A stretch of 64,000 nucleotides of DNA from an uncultured Dehalococcoidia bacterium (lineage in GTDB: Bacteria; Chloroflexota; Dehalococcoidia; DSTF01; JACRBR01). The notes under the pieces were generated by a model, which worked only from the letters and a program-made list of their open reading frames with translations, was not told the origin of the DNA and did not search any database. Numbering within the stretch: position 1 is the stretch's first letter; each line of letters starts with the position of its first letter. A program made the translations under genes and the position numbers. The stretch covers positions 75,509 through 139,508 of the forward strand of contig CAZAPT010000003.1 of NCBI GenBank assembly GCA_964487335.1. Direction: 5' to 3'. This document shows, one piece after another, positions 38,213-48,120 of this stretch.

Positions 38213-39070
38213 CTAGTGCGCCGCTAGAAAGTCGATCAGCTCTTGCGTCGTCCGCTCGTTCTCTTCGACGAGCGGATGATGTCCTACTCCCGGAAGCTCA
38301 GCGCGCCGCACAACCGGTAGTCCTCGTTCGAGCAGTCGGCCGCCGGCCACGAACGGCGCGTCGTTCCCGCCATGAATGACGAGCACAGGACAGGCAATAT
38401 CCTCGAGCTGTGAGACGAGATCGATCCGGAAGGCAGCCTGCTCGAGCGTCTTGGCGTTGTCGTTGTCGGCGAGGATCTCGCGTTCGCGTACCGCGGCGCG
38501 AAACTCCCTCCGCCCTTCCTGCATGATCCCCATGATCGAGTACCGCGCCCTCGTCCTTGTTTCGCTCTCCCGGCGCCAACTCCACGCGAGTCCGTACCAG
38601 ACGGCCCTCATGAGCAACCGCGCCGCCCGAATGCCACCGAGCGCGCGCAGCGTGGGAAGCGCCATTCGACCCATCGCGCCCGACGGGGAGCAATCCATAA
38701 GCGCCAGCGATCGGCATCTGTCCGCGTGCCGAAGCGCGAACTGTAGGGCGACGAACCCGCCCATTGAGTGCGCGAGGATGCTCACTCGCTCGAAGCCGAG
38801 ATGTCGCCGGAGTTCGTCGACATCGTCCGCGAGGCGCTCGAACGTGTAGCTCTCCGTCGGCGCGACGTCCGATGCTCCCGAGCCGCGGTAGTCGTGGAAC
38901 ACCAGCGTGAGCTGCTCGACCAACGGCGCGAGATCGCCGACGAGGTATTCGTGCGTTGTGCTCGGACCGCCGTGGCAGATGATCGCCGGGTTTCCGCTGC
39001 CCAGGGCCTCATAGGCGATCCTGACGCCATCGCTGGTGGTGAATTGGTTACGAACGCTGGTAGGAGTCAC
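38213..39070 (-). CDS. alpha/beta-fold hydrolase
   Basis: GHSMGG nucleophile elbow, HGG oxyanion motif (IICHGGP). GTG start. Confidence 0.75.
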   Translation of the reverse strand: MTPTSVRNQFTTSDGVRIAYEALGSGNPAIICHGGPSTTHEYLVGDLAPLVEQLTLVFHDYRGSGASDVAPTESYTFERLADDVDELRRHLGFERVSILAHSMGGFVALQFALRHADRCRSLALMDCSPSGAMGRMALPTLRALGGIRAARLLMRAVWYGLAWSWRRESETRTRARYSIMGIMQEGRREFRAAVREREILADNDNAKTLEQAAFRIDLVSQLEDIACPVLVIHGGNDAPFVAGGRLLERGLPVVRRAELPGVGHHPLVEENERTTQELIDFLAAH

Positions 39071-39243
39071 CTGCCTCCTCGCTTGGCCGTCTTGGTTGAC
39101 GCAACCTGCCGCCCATCGTATCGTATTCGCACTAACGTTCTAGTGCGGATGGAGCCCCCGCCGGTTGCATCGTGGGCGGTCTCAAGGAGAAGACGACGGC
39201 AACGGTGCGAGTCCCGGAGCAGGGAGGCTGATCGAGCAAGAAA

Positions 39244-40110
39244 ATGCAGAGCCACCGCCTCGGCAACATCGTCCTCCTTATCCTCAGCGACGGCACCTAC
39301 TACCAGGACGCTGGCGCCGTCTTCGGCGTCGTCCCGCGCATGATGTGGGAGCGCATCGGCATCGAGATCAACGACCGCTACCAGATGGCGCTCGGCCTCA
39401 ACTCGCTGCTCGTCCGCTCGCAGGGCAAGACCGTGCTAATCGAGACCGGGGTCGGCGACAAGGAGCGCGTGCGGGCGCAGTCATCGCCGCTCAGTGACGG
39501 CTCGCTGCTCGACGAGTTGACCGCGGCGGGCGTCGCGCCCGACGACGTCGATGTCGTGATCAACACGCACCTCCACGCCGACCACTGCGGCTGGAACACC
39601 CGCAAGAACGCGGCCGGCGACTATGAGCCGACATTCCCGCGCGCCCGATACCTCATCCGCCGCGGCGAGTGGGACGCCGCCACGCACCCCAACGAGCGCA
39701 CGCGCGCGACGTACCTCCCCGAAAACCTCCTACCTCTCGAACAGGCCGGCCAACTTGACCTGATCGACGGCGAGATGAAGGTCACGGACGACATCACCGT
39801 CATCGACACGCCCGGCCACACAGCCGATCACGCCAGCGTCGTCCTGGCGTCCGGCGCCGAGCGCGCGATCTACATCGGCGACATGATCCAGCATCCCGTT
39901 CAGCTCGAACGCACGGCGTGGGTGTCGTCGTTCGACGTCTTCCCGCTCCAGGCAATGGAGACGAAGAAGACGATCGTTCAGCGCGCGATCGACGAGCACG
40001 AGCTCGTCGTCGCCGTCCATTGCCCGTTCCCAGGGCTCGGCTACATGACCCAGACGGACGACGGCAAGCGCAAGTGGACGCCCATCGAAGCGAACCGCAG
40101 CGCGAAATGA
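39244..40110 (+). CDS. MBL-fold metallo-hydrolase (lactonase-like)
   Basis: HLHADHCGWN (HxHxDH) zinc-binding motif. ATG start. Confidence 0.8.
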   Translation: MQSHRLGNIVLLILSDGTYYQDAGAVFGVVPRMMWERIGIEINDRYQMALGLNSLLVRSQGKTVLIETGVGDKERVRAQSSPLSDGSLLDELTAAGVAPDDVDVVINTHLHADHCGWNTRKNAAGDYEPTFPRARYLIRRGEWDAATHPNERTRATYLPENLLPLEQAGQLDLIDGEMKVTDDITVIDTPGHTADHASVVLASGAERAIYIGDMIQHPVQLERTAWVSSFDVFPLQAMETKKTIVQRAIDEHELVVAVHCPFPGLGYMTQTDDGKRKWTPIEANRSAK

Positions 40111-42035
40111 TCGAGCTCTACGACTGGCAGCGCGAAGCGATCGACGCGCTCGTCGGCGAGCCCGGCCGCGTGCTCGTCGTCGCGCCGACCGGCGGCGGGA
40201 AGAGCATGTGCTTCCAGCAGCCCGCGTCGCAGCTCGAGGGCATCGCCGTCGTCATCACGCCCCTCGTGGCGCTGATGGCCGACCAGGTCGCGTCGCTGCA
40301 GGCGCGCGGCATCCCCGCCACGTACCTAGCGTCAAGCCTGCCGCCGATCGACAACCAGCGCCGCACCGAGCTGGCGATGTCCGGGCGCTTCAAGCTGCTC
40401 TACGTCGCCCCCGAACGTCTGGCATCCGAGCGCTTCGTCGAAGAAGTGCTGACACAGCTACCGATCTCGCTGCTCGCTGTGGACGAGGCGCACTGCATCT
40501 CGCACTGGGGCCACGACTTCCGTCCCGACTACCTCCGGCTCGGAGCGCTGGTCGAGCGCCTTCGTCCGCCGCGACTCATCGCACTCACCGCCACCGCTAC
40601 CCCGGCCGTCCGCCGCGAGATCATCGAACGGCTGCACATGCCCGAAGCGCGCCAAATCCTCCGGGGCTTCGCCCGCAACAACCTGGAGCTGTCCGTCGAA
40701 GAGGCGAGCGGCGCGCGCGCGAAAGAGCATCGCATCGCATCCGAGGTCCGCCAGACGCTCGGCAAGCCACGCGCCGGCCGTGGCACCGCGCTGGTCTACA
40801 CCGGCTCCCGTCGCAATGCCGAGGCGGTAGCCGAAGCGCTGCGCCACAACGGCTGGCGCACGGAGCATTACCACGCCGGCATGACCGGCGAAGAGCGCAC
40901 CACTGTCCAGGAGAAGTTCCATTCCGGCGCGCTCGACGTCGTCGCCGCCACCAACGCCTTCGGCATGGGCATCGACCGCGCCGACATCCGGCTGGTGCTC
41001 CACCACGCGATCCCGGAGTCGATCGAGGCCTACTATCAGGAGGTCGGCCGCGCCGGGCGCGATGGCGCTCCCGCCGCCGGCGTGGTGCTGGTGTCCGACA
41101 CAGACATTCACCGCCGCTTCGCACTGATCGCATCGGACGCGGACGGCGAGGCAACGCCGTCTCCGGAGCAGCAGCTCCATCGCCGTGAACTGCTTCGCGC
41201 GATGATCTCATACACCGAGACGACGCAGTGCCGTCACGACGCGATCCTCCATTACTTCGAGGACGAGGCCGAAGAGCTCGGCGGCTGCGGCCACTGCGAC
41301 AACTGCCGCGCCAACGCCTCCTCGCGAGAAGAGCCGGACGAAGCGCAGTCCTCCGATGAAGTCCAGCGCGCTCTCGCCGCGATCCGCGCCTTGCCGTTCG
41401 CCGTTGGATCCGGCGTGCTCACCAGCTATCTGCTCGGCCACGACACTCCGCAGGTCCGAGGCTACGACTGGCACCAGCGGCCGGACTTCGGCGTCCTGCG
41501 CGACCGCCGCGATGCCTGGATACGTCGGCTGCTGCGACGATGCCTCGCAGCCGGAATGCTTGCCGTCGGATCCGAACGCCCGACGCTCCACCTCACCCGC
41601 CGCGGCGCCGAAGTAATCTCCGGCGCCCGCCCTAATCCCGTGCGACTCCCTCCCGACGATCGCCGATCTGCGCGATCCGATCGCTCGACTGCCACACCAT
41701 CGTCGGGCGACCTCGACGGCGCCGCGGCGTCCATGTTCGAACGCCTCAAGGCATGGCGCCTCCGCCGCGCCCAGTCCGACGACGTGCCGGCGTACATGGT
41801 CTTCTCCGACGCAACGCTCCGCGCCATCGCCGCCGCCCGCCCAACATCGACCGAAGCCATGCTCGAGATCAGCGGTGTCGGCCCATCGAAGCTCGAACGC
41901 TACGGCGCCGACGTTTTCGAAGTGCTGGGCGAGAGAATCCGCCGGCTGGCTCCCCCGCCGCACCCACGCCGTCCGGCGATGGCGATGGATCGCTCTACGA
42001 GCGGCTGCGTGCGTGGCGACGACGGCGCGCGGTAG
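40107..42035 (+). CDS. recQ: ATP-dependent DNA helicase RecQ (in-frame portion; an out-of-frame HRDC domain follows)
   Basis: ATG overlaps the upstream stop (ATGA). Helicase motifs are present (VVAPTGGGKSMCFQ; DEAH as VDEAHCIS). RecQ C-terminal zinc cysteines (CGHCDNC). First HRDC domain at about 41700..41930. Confidence 0.85.
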   Translation: MIELYDWQREAIDALVGEPGRVLVVAPTGGGKSMCFQQPASQLEGIAVVITPLVALMADQVASLQARGIPATYLASSLPPIDNQRRTELAMSGRFKLLYVAPERLASERFVEEVLTQLPISLLAVDEAHCISHWGHDFRPDYLRLGALVERLRPPRLIALTATATPAVRREIIERLHMPEARQILRGFARNNLELSVEEASGARAKEHRIASEVRQTLGKPRAGRGTALVYTGSRRNAEAVAEALRHNGWRTEHYHAGMTGEERTTVQEKFHSGALDVVAATNAFGMGIDRADIRLVLHHAIPESIEAYYQEVGRAGRDGAPAAGVVLVSDTDIHRRFALIASDADGEATPSPEQQLHRRELLRAMISYTETTQCRHDAILHYFEDEAEELGGCGHCDNCRANASSREEPDEAQSSDEVQRALAAIRALPFAVGSGVLTSYLLGHDTPQVRGYDWHQRPDFGVLRDRRDAWIRRLLRRCLAAGMLAVGSERPTLHLTRRGAEVISGARPNPVRLPPDDRRSARSDRSTATPSSGDLDGAAASMFERLKAWRLRRAQSDDVPAYMVFSDATLRAIAAARPTSTEAMLEISGVGPSKLERYGADVFEVLGERIRRLAPPPHPRRPAMAMDRSTSGCVRGDDGAR

Positions 42036-42235
42036 CCGACGGCGTGAAGCTCTGGCAGGTGTGCGGCAACGAGGCGCTGCACGCTATCGCGGAAGCGCGC
42101 CCGTCGTCGCCCGCTGCGTTACGCAAGATCGGCGCGTTCCCGGTTGCGGATGCGGAGCGCTACGGAACTGAACTGCTCGCCGAGATCGCCGCTTTTCGCG
42201 CCGCGGAATCGGAACCGGCGCCTCAGCTCGTCTGA
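41960..42235 (+). other. second HRDC domain of recQ in the +1 frame (apparent frameshift in a C5 run at ~41950)
   Basis: SLYERLRAWRRRRAVADGVKLWQVCGNEALHAIAEARPSSPAALRKIGAFPVADAERYG parallels the in-frame HRDC domain (SMFERLKAWRLRRAQSDDVPAYMVFSDATLRAIAAARPTS…). Confidence 0.5.
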
Positions 42236-42238
42236 GCG

Positions 42239-43627
42239 CTACTCGATCGCCGACCGACGCGCGAGGATCCGCTGCTCCGGCACCCACCGCTCACGCAGCG
42301 CACCCACCAGGAACATCGATCCCGTCACGCACACGACGTCATCGTCGGTGGCAGACGCAATCGCTCGGTCGAGCGCATCGTAGGGCGCTCGCTCGAACGC
42401 GACGTTGCGCTCGCCCAGCGCTCGCCCCAGCAGCCGCAGCATCCGCTCGGGATCGCCAATGCGCTCCTCGAGCGGCGGCTGTGTGACGACGACGCTGCTC
42501 GCGACCGGCGCCACCGCGCGCACCATCGCCGTCTGGTCCTTGTCCGCGAGCACGCCGAGCACCAGGTGCAGCTTTACGCCGTCGCGTAACTCGTGCGCCC
42601 GCAGCGCCTGCGCCAGTGCGCGCGCCTCGACCGGGTTGTGCGCCGAATCTAGCAACACGCGCGGACGCTCCTGCACGACCTCCAGCCGCCCGCTCAGCCG
42701 CACGCCCTCCAAACCCGTACGCACCTCCGCCTCGCTGACTTCTCGGCGCGTCGACCGCCCGAACGCCAGCGCCGCTGCCACGGCAAGCGCGGCGTTCGTC
42801 ACCTGGTGCCCACCTGCAAGCGGGAGCCGCAACGACTCGAACGACGCGAGCGGCGTCTGCACGTCGAACACACTACCCTGCGCGTCGGCGCATCGAACTC
42901 GCGCCTTCACCTCACGGGCGATGCGCCAGAGTGTTGCAGCGCGCTCGTCGCACGTCGCCTCGACGATCGGCGCCGCCTCCCGTCGCGTCACGCCGCTCAC
43001 CACAAGCTCGCCAGCGCGGATGATCGCCGCCTTCTCGCGCGCGATCGATGTCAGCGACCACCCCAGCCGCTCGCGATGCTCGTAGTCCACGGAAGTCAGC
43101 ACCGTCACAGGCTTCTCGTCGAAGACGTTCGTGTAGTCCGTCCGCCCGCCCAACCCCACCTCCACGACGACCGCATCGCAGCGCTCGTCCGCGAAGTGCT
43201 TCATCCCCGCCGCGAACGCCACTTCCACCAACGACGGCCGCCCGAAACCCACGCCGTCGATCACTTCGAGGTGCATCTGGCGCACGAGCGGGTCGAGCCC
43301 GAGCACGAGATCCGCGAACCGCTCCGGCGCGATCAGCTCGCCATCCACATCGATGCGCTCGATGAACGTCTGCAGGTGCGGCGATGTGTAGAGTCCCGTC
43401 CGGAGACCCGCGGCCCGCAGGATCGACGCCACCATCGTCGCCGTGGAGCCCTTCCCCGCGCTCCCGCCGACGTGTACGACGGGAACCCGCAAGTGCGGAT
43501 CGGCGAAATGCGCCAGCACGTGCTTGATCCGCGACTGCAGCGCTCGCTCGACGGGCACGATGGGCAGTTCGTGCCACAGCCGCCGCTGCAGGTAGTCCAC
43601 TGCCTCGAAATACCGCTCGAACGCCAT
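42239..43627 (-). CDS. folC: bifunctional folylpolyglutamate synthase / dihydrofolate synthase
   Basis: Mur-ligase P-loop VVHVGGSAGKGST and the FolC domain pattern. ATG at 43627 preferred over the GTG at 43657. Confidence 0.8.
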   Translation of the reverse strand: MAFERYFEAVDYLQRRLWHELPIVPVERALQSRIKHVLAHFADPHLRVPVVHVGGSAGKGSTATMVASILRAAGLRTGLYTSPHLQTFIERIDVDGELIAPERFADLVLGLDPLVRQMHLEVIDGVGFGRPSLVEVAFAAGMKHFADERCDAVVVEVGLGGRTDYTNVFDEKPVTVLTSVDYEHRERLGWSLTSIAREKAAIIRAGELVVSGVTRREAAPIVEATCDERAATLWRIAREVKARVRCADAQGSVFDVQTPLASFESLRLPLAGGHQVTNAALAVAAALAFGRSTRREVSEAEVRTGLEGVRLSGRLEVVQERPRVLLDSAHNPVEARALAQALRAHELRDGVKLHLVLGVLADKDQTAMVRAVAPVASSVVVTQPPLEERIGDPERMLRLLGRALGERNVAFERAPYDALDRAIASATDDDVVCVTGSMFLVGALRERWVPEQRILARRSAIE

Positions 43628-43677
43628 GCCTGAGGCTAGCACGGGATCCGCGTCCACGATGCACTACGATCATCGCG

Positions 43678-44675
43678 ATGAGAGCAATGATGCTCGACCG
43701 CACCGGCGCGGCTGAAGCCAACCTCCTCGCCCTGCGCGAAGTTCCCGAACCGCACGCCGGCCCCGGCGAAGTCGTGATTGCCGTCGAGGCCTGCGGCGTC
43801 TGCCGGACCGACCTGCATCTCGTGGAAGGCGAAGTCTCGGCTCCGCTCCCGCTCATCCCCGGTCACCAGGCCGCCGGCCGCGTCGTTGAGGTCGGCGCTG
43901 GCGTGACGCATCTTCGCGAAGGCGACCTCGCCGGCGTCGGCTGGTTGCACAGCACCTGCGGCAAGTGCAGGTTCTGCAGGTCCGGACGCGAGAACGTCTG
44001 CGAGCGTGCGCGGTTCAGCGGACGCGACGTACCCGGAGGCTACGCCGAGCGCCTGCTCGCCGACGCCCGCTTCGCATACAAGCTCCCGCCAGCTTTCGAC
44101 CGATCGACGCCGCACCGCTGCTCTGCGCCGGCATCATTGGCTACCGCTCGCTGCGCCTCTCCCAGATCGTTCCCGGCGGCAAGCTCGGCTTGATCGGCTT
44201 CGGTGCATCAGCGCACCTCGCGATCCAGGTCGCGCTGCACTGGGGCTGCCAGGTCTTCGCGTTTACGCGCGAGGAGCACCACCGCCGCCTCGCGCTCGAA
44301 CTCGGCGCCGCATGGGCTGGCGCGATCGACGACGATCCGGGCGGGAAGCTCGACTCGGCCGTGATTTTCGCGCCCGCCGGAGAACTGATTCCGCGCGCAC
44401 TGGAACTGCTCGATCGCGGCGGCACACTCTCCGTCAACGCCATTCGCATGTCGCCGATCCCGTCGTTCGATTTCGAGGCGCTGTACTGGGAGCGGACCGT
44501 CCGCAGTGTGGCCAACTATACCCGCCGTGACGCGGAGGAGTTCCTCGCCCTCGCAGCCGAGATCCCGGTGCGCGCTGACGTCGAGCGCTTCCCGCTCGAG
44601 CAGGCGAACGAGGCGCTCGTGCGCGTGAAGCATGGCGAGGTGCACGGCGCCGCGGTGCTGGAAATCCCGCGGTAA
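43678..44675 (+). pseudogene. zinc-dependent alcohol dehydrogenase (MDR family) interrupted by a 1-nt frameshift near 44095
   Basis: The N-terminal part (GHQAAGRV…[15 protein letters not shown]) runs in one frame to 44193. The C-terminal part ([17 protein letters not shown]…GxGxxG…) is in another frame, 43965..44675. The junction reads TTCGACCGATCGAC where TTCGACCCGATCGAC would restore the frame. Confidence 0.55.
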
Positions 44676-44729
44676 CCCGCGCCGCTTCACCTACGGCGTG
44701 CCGGAGCCTCGTCCGATACGATCAGGCGT

Positions 44730-45962
44730 ATGACACTCGTGGTCCAGAAGTACGGCGGCACCTCCGTCGCGAACGCCGACCGCATCAAGCATGTGGCGTC
44801 GCGCATCAAGCAGCGCGCGGAGGCGGGCGACCGCGTCGTCGCCGTCGTGTCCGCGATGGGCGACACCACCGACGACTTGATCGCGCTCGCGAACCAGGTC
44901 ACCGAGCATCCCGAAGCTCGCGAGCTCGACGTATTGGTCAGCACCGGCGAGCTGCAGACGAGCGCGCTGTTGGTCATGGCCCTGCACGCCATCGGCGTCG
45001 ACGCCATCAGCCTCTCCGGCGGACAGGCCGGAATGCGCACCGACTCCATGCACTCCCGTGCCCGCATCCGCCACATCGACCCCAAGCGCGTGCGTGACGA
45101 AGTGGACCGCGGGCGCGTTGTGATCGTCGCCGGCTTCCAGGGCGTCACCGAGGACATGGACGTCGCCACGATCGGCCGCGGCGGCAGCGACACGACGGCC
45201 GTCGCCTTCGCCGCCGCCCTCCAGTGCCGCTGCGAGGTCTACACAGACGTCGACGGCGTGTACACCGCCGACCCGCGCATCGAACCGGACGCGCGCAAGC
45301 TGCAGGACATTAGCTACGAAGAGATGCTCGAGCTCGCGAGCAAGGGCGCCAAGGTCATGGCGCCGCGCGCCGTCGAACTCGGATCGGTGTACAACATCCC
45401 CATCCTGGTCGCGTCCAGCTTCAAGGACGAGCTGGGCACGCTCATCCACGGAGGTGTCGACATGGAGGGCTTCAACCGCGTCCGCGGCATCGCGCACGAC
45501 CTCGACGTCGCGAAGATCACCATTCGTCATGTCCCCGACCGCCCCGGCGTCGCGGCCGAGATCTTCGGCGCGCTCGCCGATGCCCATCTCTCCGTCGACA
45601 CGATCGTGCAGAACGCCAGCGAACTCGACCTGACCGACATCACCTTCACGTTGGCGAAGAACGACCTGCCGCGCGCCATGCCCGCCGTCCGCGAAGTCGC
45701 GAAGGACATCGGAGCGAAGGAAGTGATCGCCGACGAGCGGATGGGCAAGGTCAGCATCGTCGGCACCGGCATCCAGAGCGCACCGGGCTACGCCGCCCGC
45801 ATGTTCAAGACCCTCGCCGACAGCGGTATCAACATCGAGGTCATCGCGACCAGCGAGATCCGGATCACCTGCATCGTGCCCGAAGACCGCGTCGCCGACG
45901 CCGTCCGCGCCCTGCACCGCGCGTTCGAGCTCGAGAAGGCGGAGTCGTCGGTCCCCGGCTAG
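44730..45962 (+). CDS. lysC: aspartate kinase
   Basis: LVVQKYGGTSV N-terminus, amino-acid-kinase fold and two C-terminal ACT domains. Confidence 0.9.
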   Translation: MTLVVQKYGGTSVANADRIKHVASRIKQRAEAGDRVVAVVSAMGDTTDDLIALANQVTEHPEARELDVLVSTGELQTSALLVMALHAIGVDAISLSGGQAGMRTDSMHSRARIRHIDPKRVRDEVDRGRVVIVAGFQGVTEDMDVATIGRGGSDTTAVAFAAALQCRCEVYTDVDGVYTADPRIEPDARKLQDISYEEMLELASKGAKVMAPRAVELGSVYNIPILVASSFKDELGTLIHGGVDMEGFNRVRGIAHDLDVAKITIRHVPDRPGVAAEIFGALADAHLSVDTIVQNASELDLTDITFTLAKNDLPRAMPAVREVAKDIGAKEVIADERMGKVSIVGTGIQSAPGYAARMFKTLADSGINIEVIATSEIRITCIVPEDRVADAVRALHRAFELEKAESSVPG

Positions 45963-45999
45963 CGCGCGTCTCGTAGCTCGTCGCTCGATAGACTCACGC

Positions 46000-46767
46000 A
46001 TGGCGATCGATTCCGCGCTTGCTCTGCGCATCCTCAACAACGACCGGCTGCGCACTGGGATCGGCGACTGGGGCGACACGCACGACCTGCACGGCGCGCT
46101 CGTCAGTACCGCCGACGTCCCGATCGTCGACCTCAACTGCCTGAAGGACTTCACGTCCGATGACCGCCGCGTCGAAGGCCTGCTCGACATCGGCTTCGCG
46201 CTGCTCCGCACCTTCGACCGCGAACCCGCCGCACGCGTCACCCCGCTCGACCGCCCGCGCTCCCTCGATAAACGCCTCGAACGCCGCCGCCTCTCCGTCG
46301 TCAGCCGACGTAGCTGGATGGCGCTCCGCGACGACGCGCCATCGATCGCACGCAACGCTGACGTCGACATCCGCTGTGGCATACCCGAGGACGTCGCCTC
46401 CTTTGCCACGATCCACAGCGCGGGCTCGAAGTTCGTCCGCCGCATGTCGATCGCCTCCACGCTCGCCGGCCTTCGTCGAGGAGGCAACCTCTACTACCTC
46501 GCGCATCTCGACGGCCAGGCCGTGGCCACTGGCCACCTGCTCATCGACGGCCGCACCGCTGGTATCTACGCCCTCGCCACCATGCGCCCGTATCGCAAGC
46601 GCGGTGTCAGTTCGACGATCCTCGCCCGCGCCATCGACGACGCTCGCGCCGCCGGCTGCGACCTCATTTGCCTCAGCGCAGAAGCCGAGGGCGCGCCGGA
46701 ACGCCTCTACCGCAACCTCGGCTTCGAACGCATCTTCGAATCCCAAACCTGGTCGATGCCCACCTAG
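46000..46767 (+). CDS. GNAT-family N-acetyltransferase
   Basis: C-terminal GNAT motifs A and B (…YRKRGVSSTIL…LYRNLGFERI). Confidence 0.65.
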   Translation: MAIDSALALRILNNDRLRTGIGDWGDTHDLHGALVSTADVPIVDLNCLKDFTSDDRRVEGLLDIGFALLRTFDREPAARVTPLDRPRSLDKRLERRRLSVVSRRSWMALRDDAPSIARNADVDIRCGIPEDVASFATIHSAGSKFVRRMSIASTLAGLRRGGNLYYLAHLDGQAVATGHLLIDGRTAGIYALATMRPYRKRGVSSTILARAIDDARAAGCDLICLSAEAEGAPERLYRNLGFERIFESQTWSMPT

Positions 46768-46770
46768 GCT

Positions 46771-46855
46771 CCTCGCGTTGTTCCGCGCCCTCCGTTGTCT
46801 GTCGTCGGTTGTCTGCTGTCCTCTGTTCTCTGTCCTTTGTTCTCTCTTCTCCGAT
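46771..46855. repeat. pyrimidine-rich (CT) low-complexity tract with TGTC/TCTG repeats upstream of the acyl-CoA dehydrogenase gene
   Basis: ccgttgtctgtcgtcggttgtctgctgtcctctgttctctgtcctttgttctctcttctcc. Confidence 0.35.
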
Positions 46856-46884
46856 ACCCTCAACCGCACCACAGGAGCACGCAC

Positions 46885-48051
46885 ATGGACTTCACCCTCA
46901 CCGAAGAGCATCGTCTGATCCAGGAGACAGCGCGCCGAATCGCGAAGGAGAAGATCGCGCCGCGCGCCGCGGAGATCGATGAGACGCAGGAATACCCGCA
47001 CGACATCTTCGAGGCCTTCCGTGACACGGGCCTCACCGGCCTGACGATCCCGCAGCAGTACGGAGGCAGCGGCGCCGGCATGCTCCCGCTCGCCCTCGCC
47101 GTCGAGGAGGCCGCGAAGTACTGCTGCGCCTCGGGCCTGATGCTCCTGCTGTCCGCCCTTCCCTCGCAGCCGGTGATCATCGGCGGCGACGACCGGCAGA
47201 AGAAGTGGATCGGAGAAGGCATCGCGAGCGGCTCGATGAAGGGCGCGTTCTGCCTGACCGAGCCCAACCATGGCTCCGACGCCGCTAACCTCGAGACGCG
47301 CGCCGCACGCGACGGCGATGACTACATCCTCAACGGCGAGAAGATGTACATCAGCGGCGGCACCGTCGCCGACTACGTCGTGGCGTTCGCGCGCACCAAC
47401 GGCACGCCCGGCGCGCGCGGCATCTCCGGCTTCATCGTCGAGACGAAGTCGCCGGGCTTCCGCGTCGCAGGCCAGGACCGGAAGATGGGCGTCCGCGGAG
47501 TGCCCACCGCCGACATCGTCTTCGAGGATTGCCGCGTCCCACGTGAGAACCTCATCGGCGGCGCCGAAGGGCAGGGCTTCAACCACGCGATGCTCACGCT
47601 GAATTCATGCCGGCCGGTCGTCGGCGCCCGCGGGCTCGGACTCGCTGAAGGCGCGATGTCCTATGCACTCGAGTTCGCCCGCCAGCGCGAGGCGTTCGGC
47701 AAGCCGATCGCCGACCTGCAGGCGATCCAGTTCATGTTCGCTGACATGGCAATCCAGATCGAAGCTGCGCGCCTGCTCGTGTACCAGGGCGCGTGGCGCG
47801 TCGACCAGGGGCTGCTCGACCGCGAGCACGCAGCGTATCTCTCGATCGCGAAGACGTTCGCCACAGAGGTCGGCGTGAGGGTCTCGAGCGATGCCATGCA
47901 GGTGCTCGGTGCGCAGGGCTACATGATGGACCATCCACTCGAGCGTCACTACCGCGACGCGCGCCAGCTCATGATCGTCGAAGGCACCAGCCAGGTGCAG
48001 CGCGTCGTCATCGCCCGCTCCCTCCTCGAGCGGGAGTTGGTGTATCCGTAA
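46885..48051 (+). CDS. acyl-CoA dehydrogenase
   Basis: AGGAG seven nt upstream of the ATG. ACAD N-terminal, middle and C-terminal domain motifs (…GSDAANL…). Confidence 0.85.
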   Translation: MDFTLTEEHRLIQETARRIAKEKIAPRAAEIDETQEYPHDIFEAFRDTGLTGLTIPQQYGGSGAGMLPLALAVEEAAKYCCASGLMLLLSALPSQPVIIGGDDRQKKWIGEGIASGSMKGAFCLTEPNHGSDAANLETRAARDGDDYILNGEKMYISGGTVADYVVAFARTNGTPGARGISGFIVETKSPGFRVAGQDRKMGVRGVPTADIVFEDCRVPRENLIGGAEGQGFNHAMLTLNSCRPVVGARGLGLAEGAMSYALEFARQREAFGKPIADLQAIQFMFADMAIQIEAARLLVYQGAWRVDQGLLDREHAAYLSIAKTFATEVGVRVSSDAMQVLGAQGYMMDHPLERHYRDARQLMIVEGTSQVQRVVIARSLLERELVYP

Positions 48052-48120
48052 CACGAGTAGTTGGACGCGTCTTTCAGTCGTGAGGGGATCGCCGAGCGTA
48101 GCGCGGGCCAACTTTTTTCG

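Noticed and set aside
44691-46487. 598-aa minus-strand ORF across lysC and the GNAT gene
   Set aside because: It is Arg-rich low-complexity sequence antisense to a clearly recognisable aspartate kinase.
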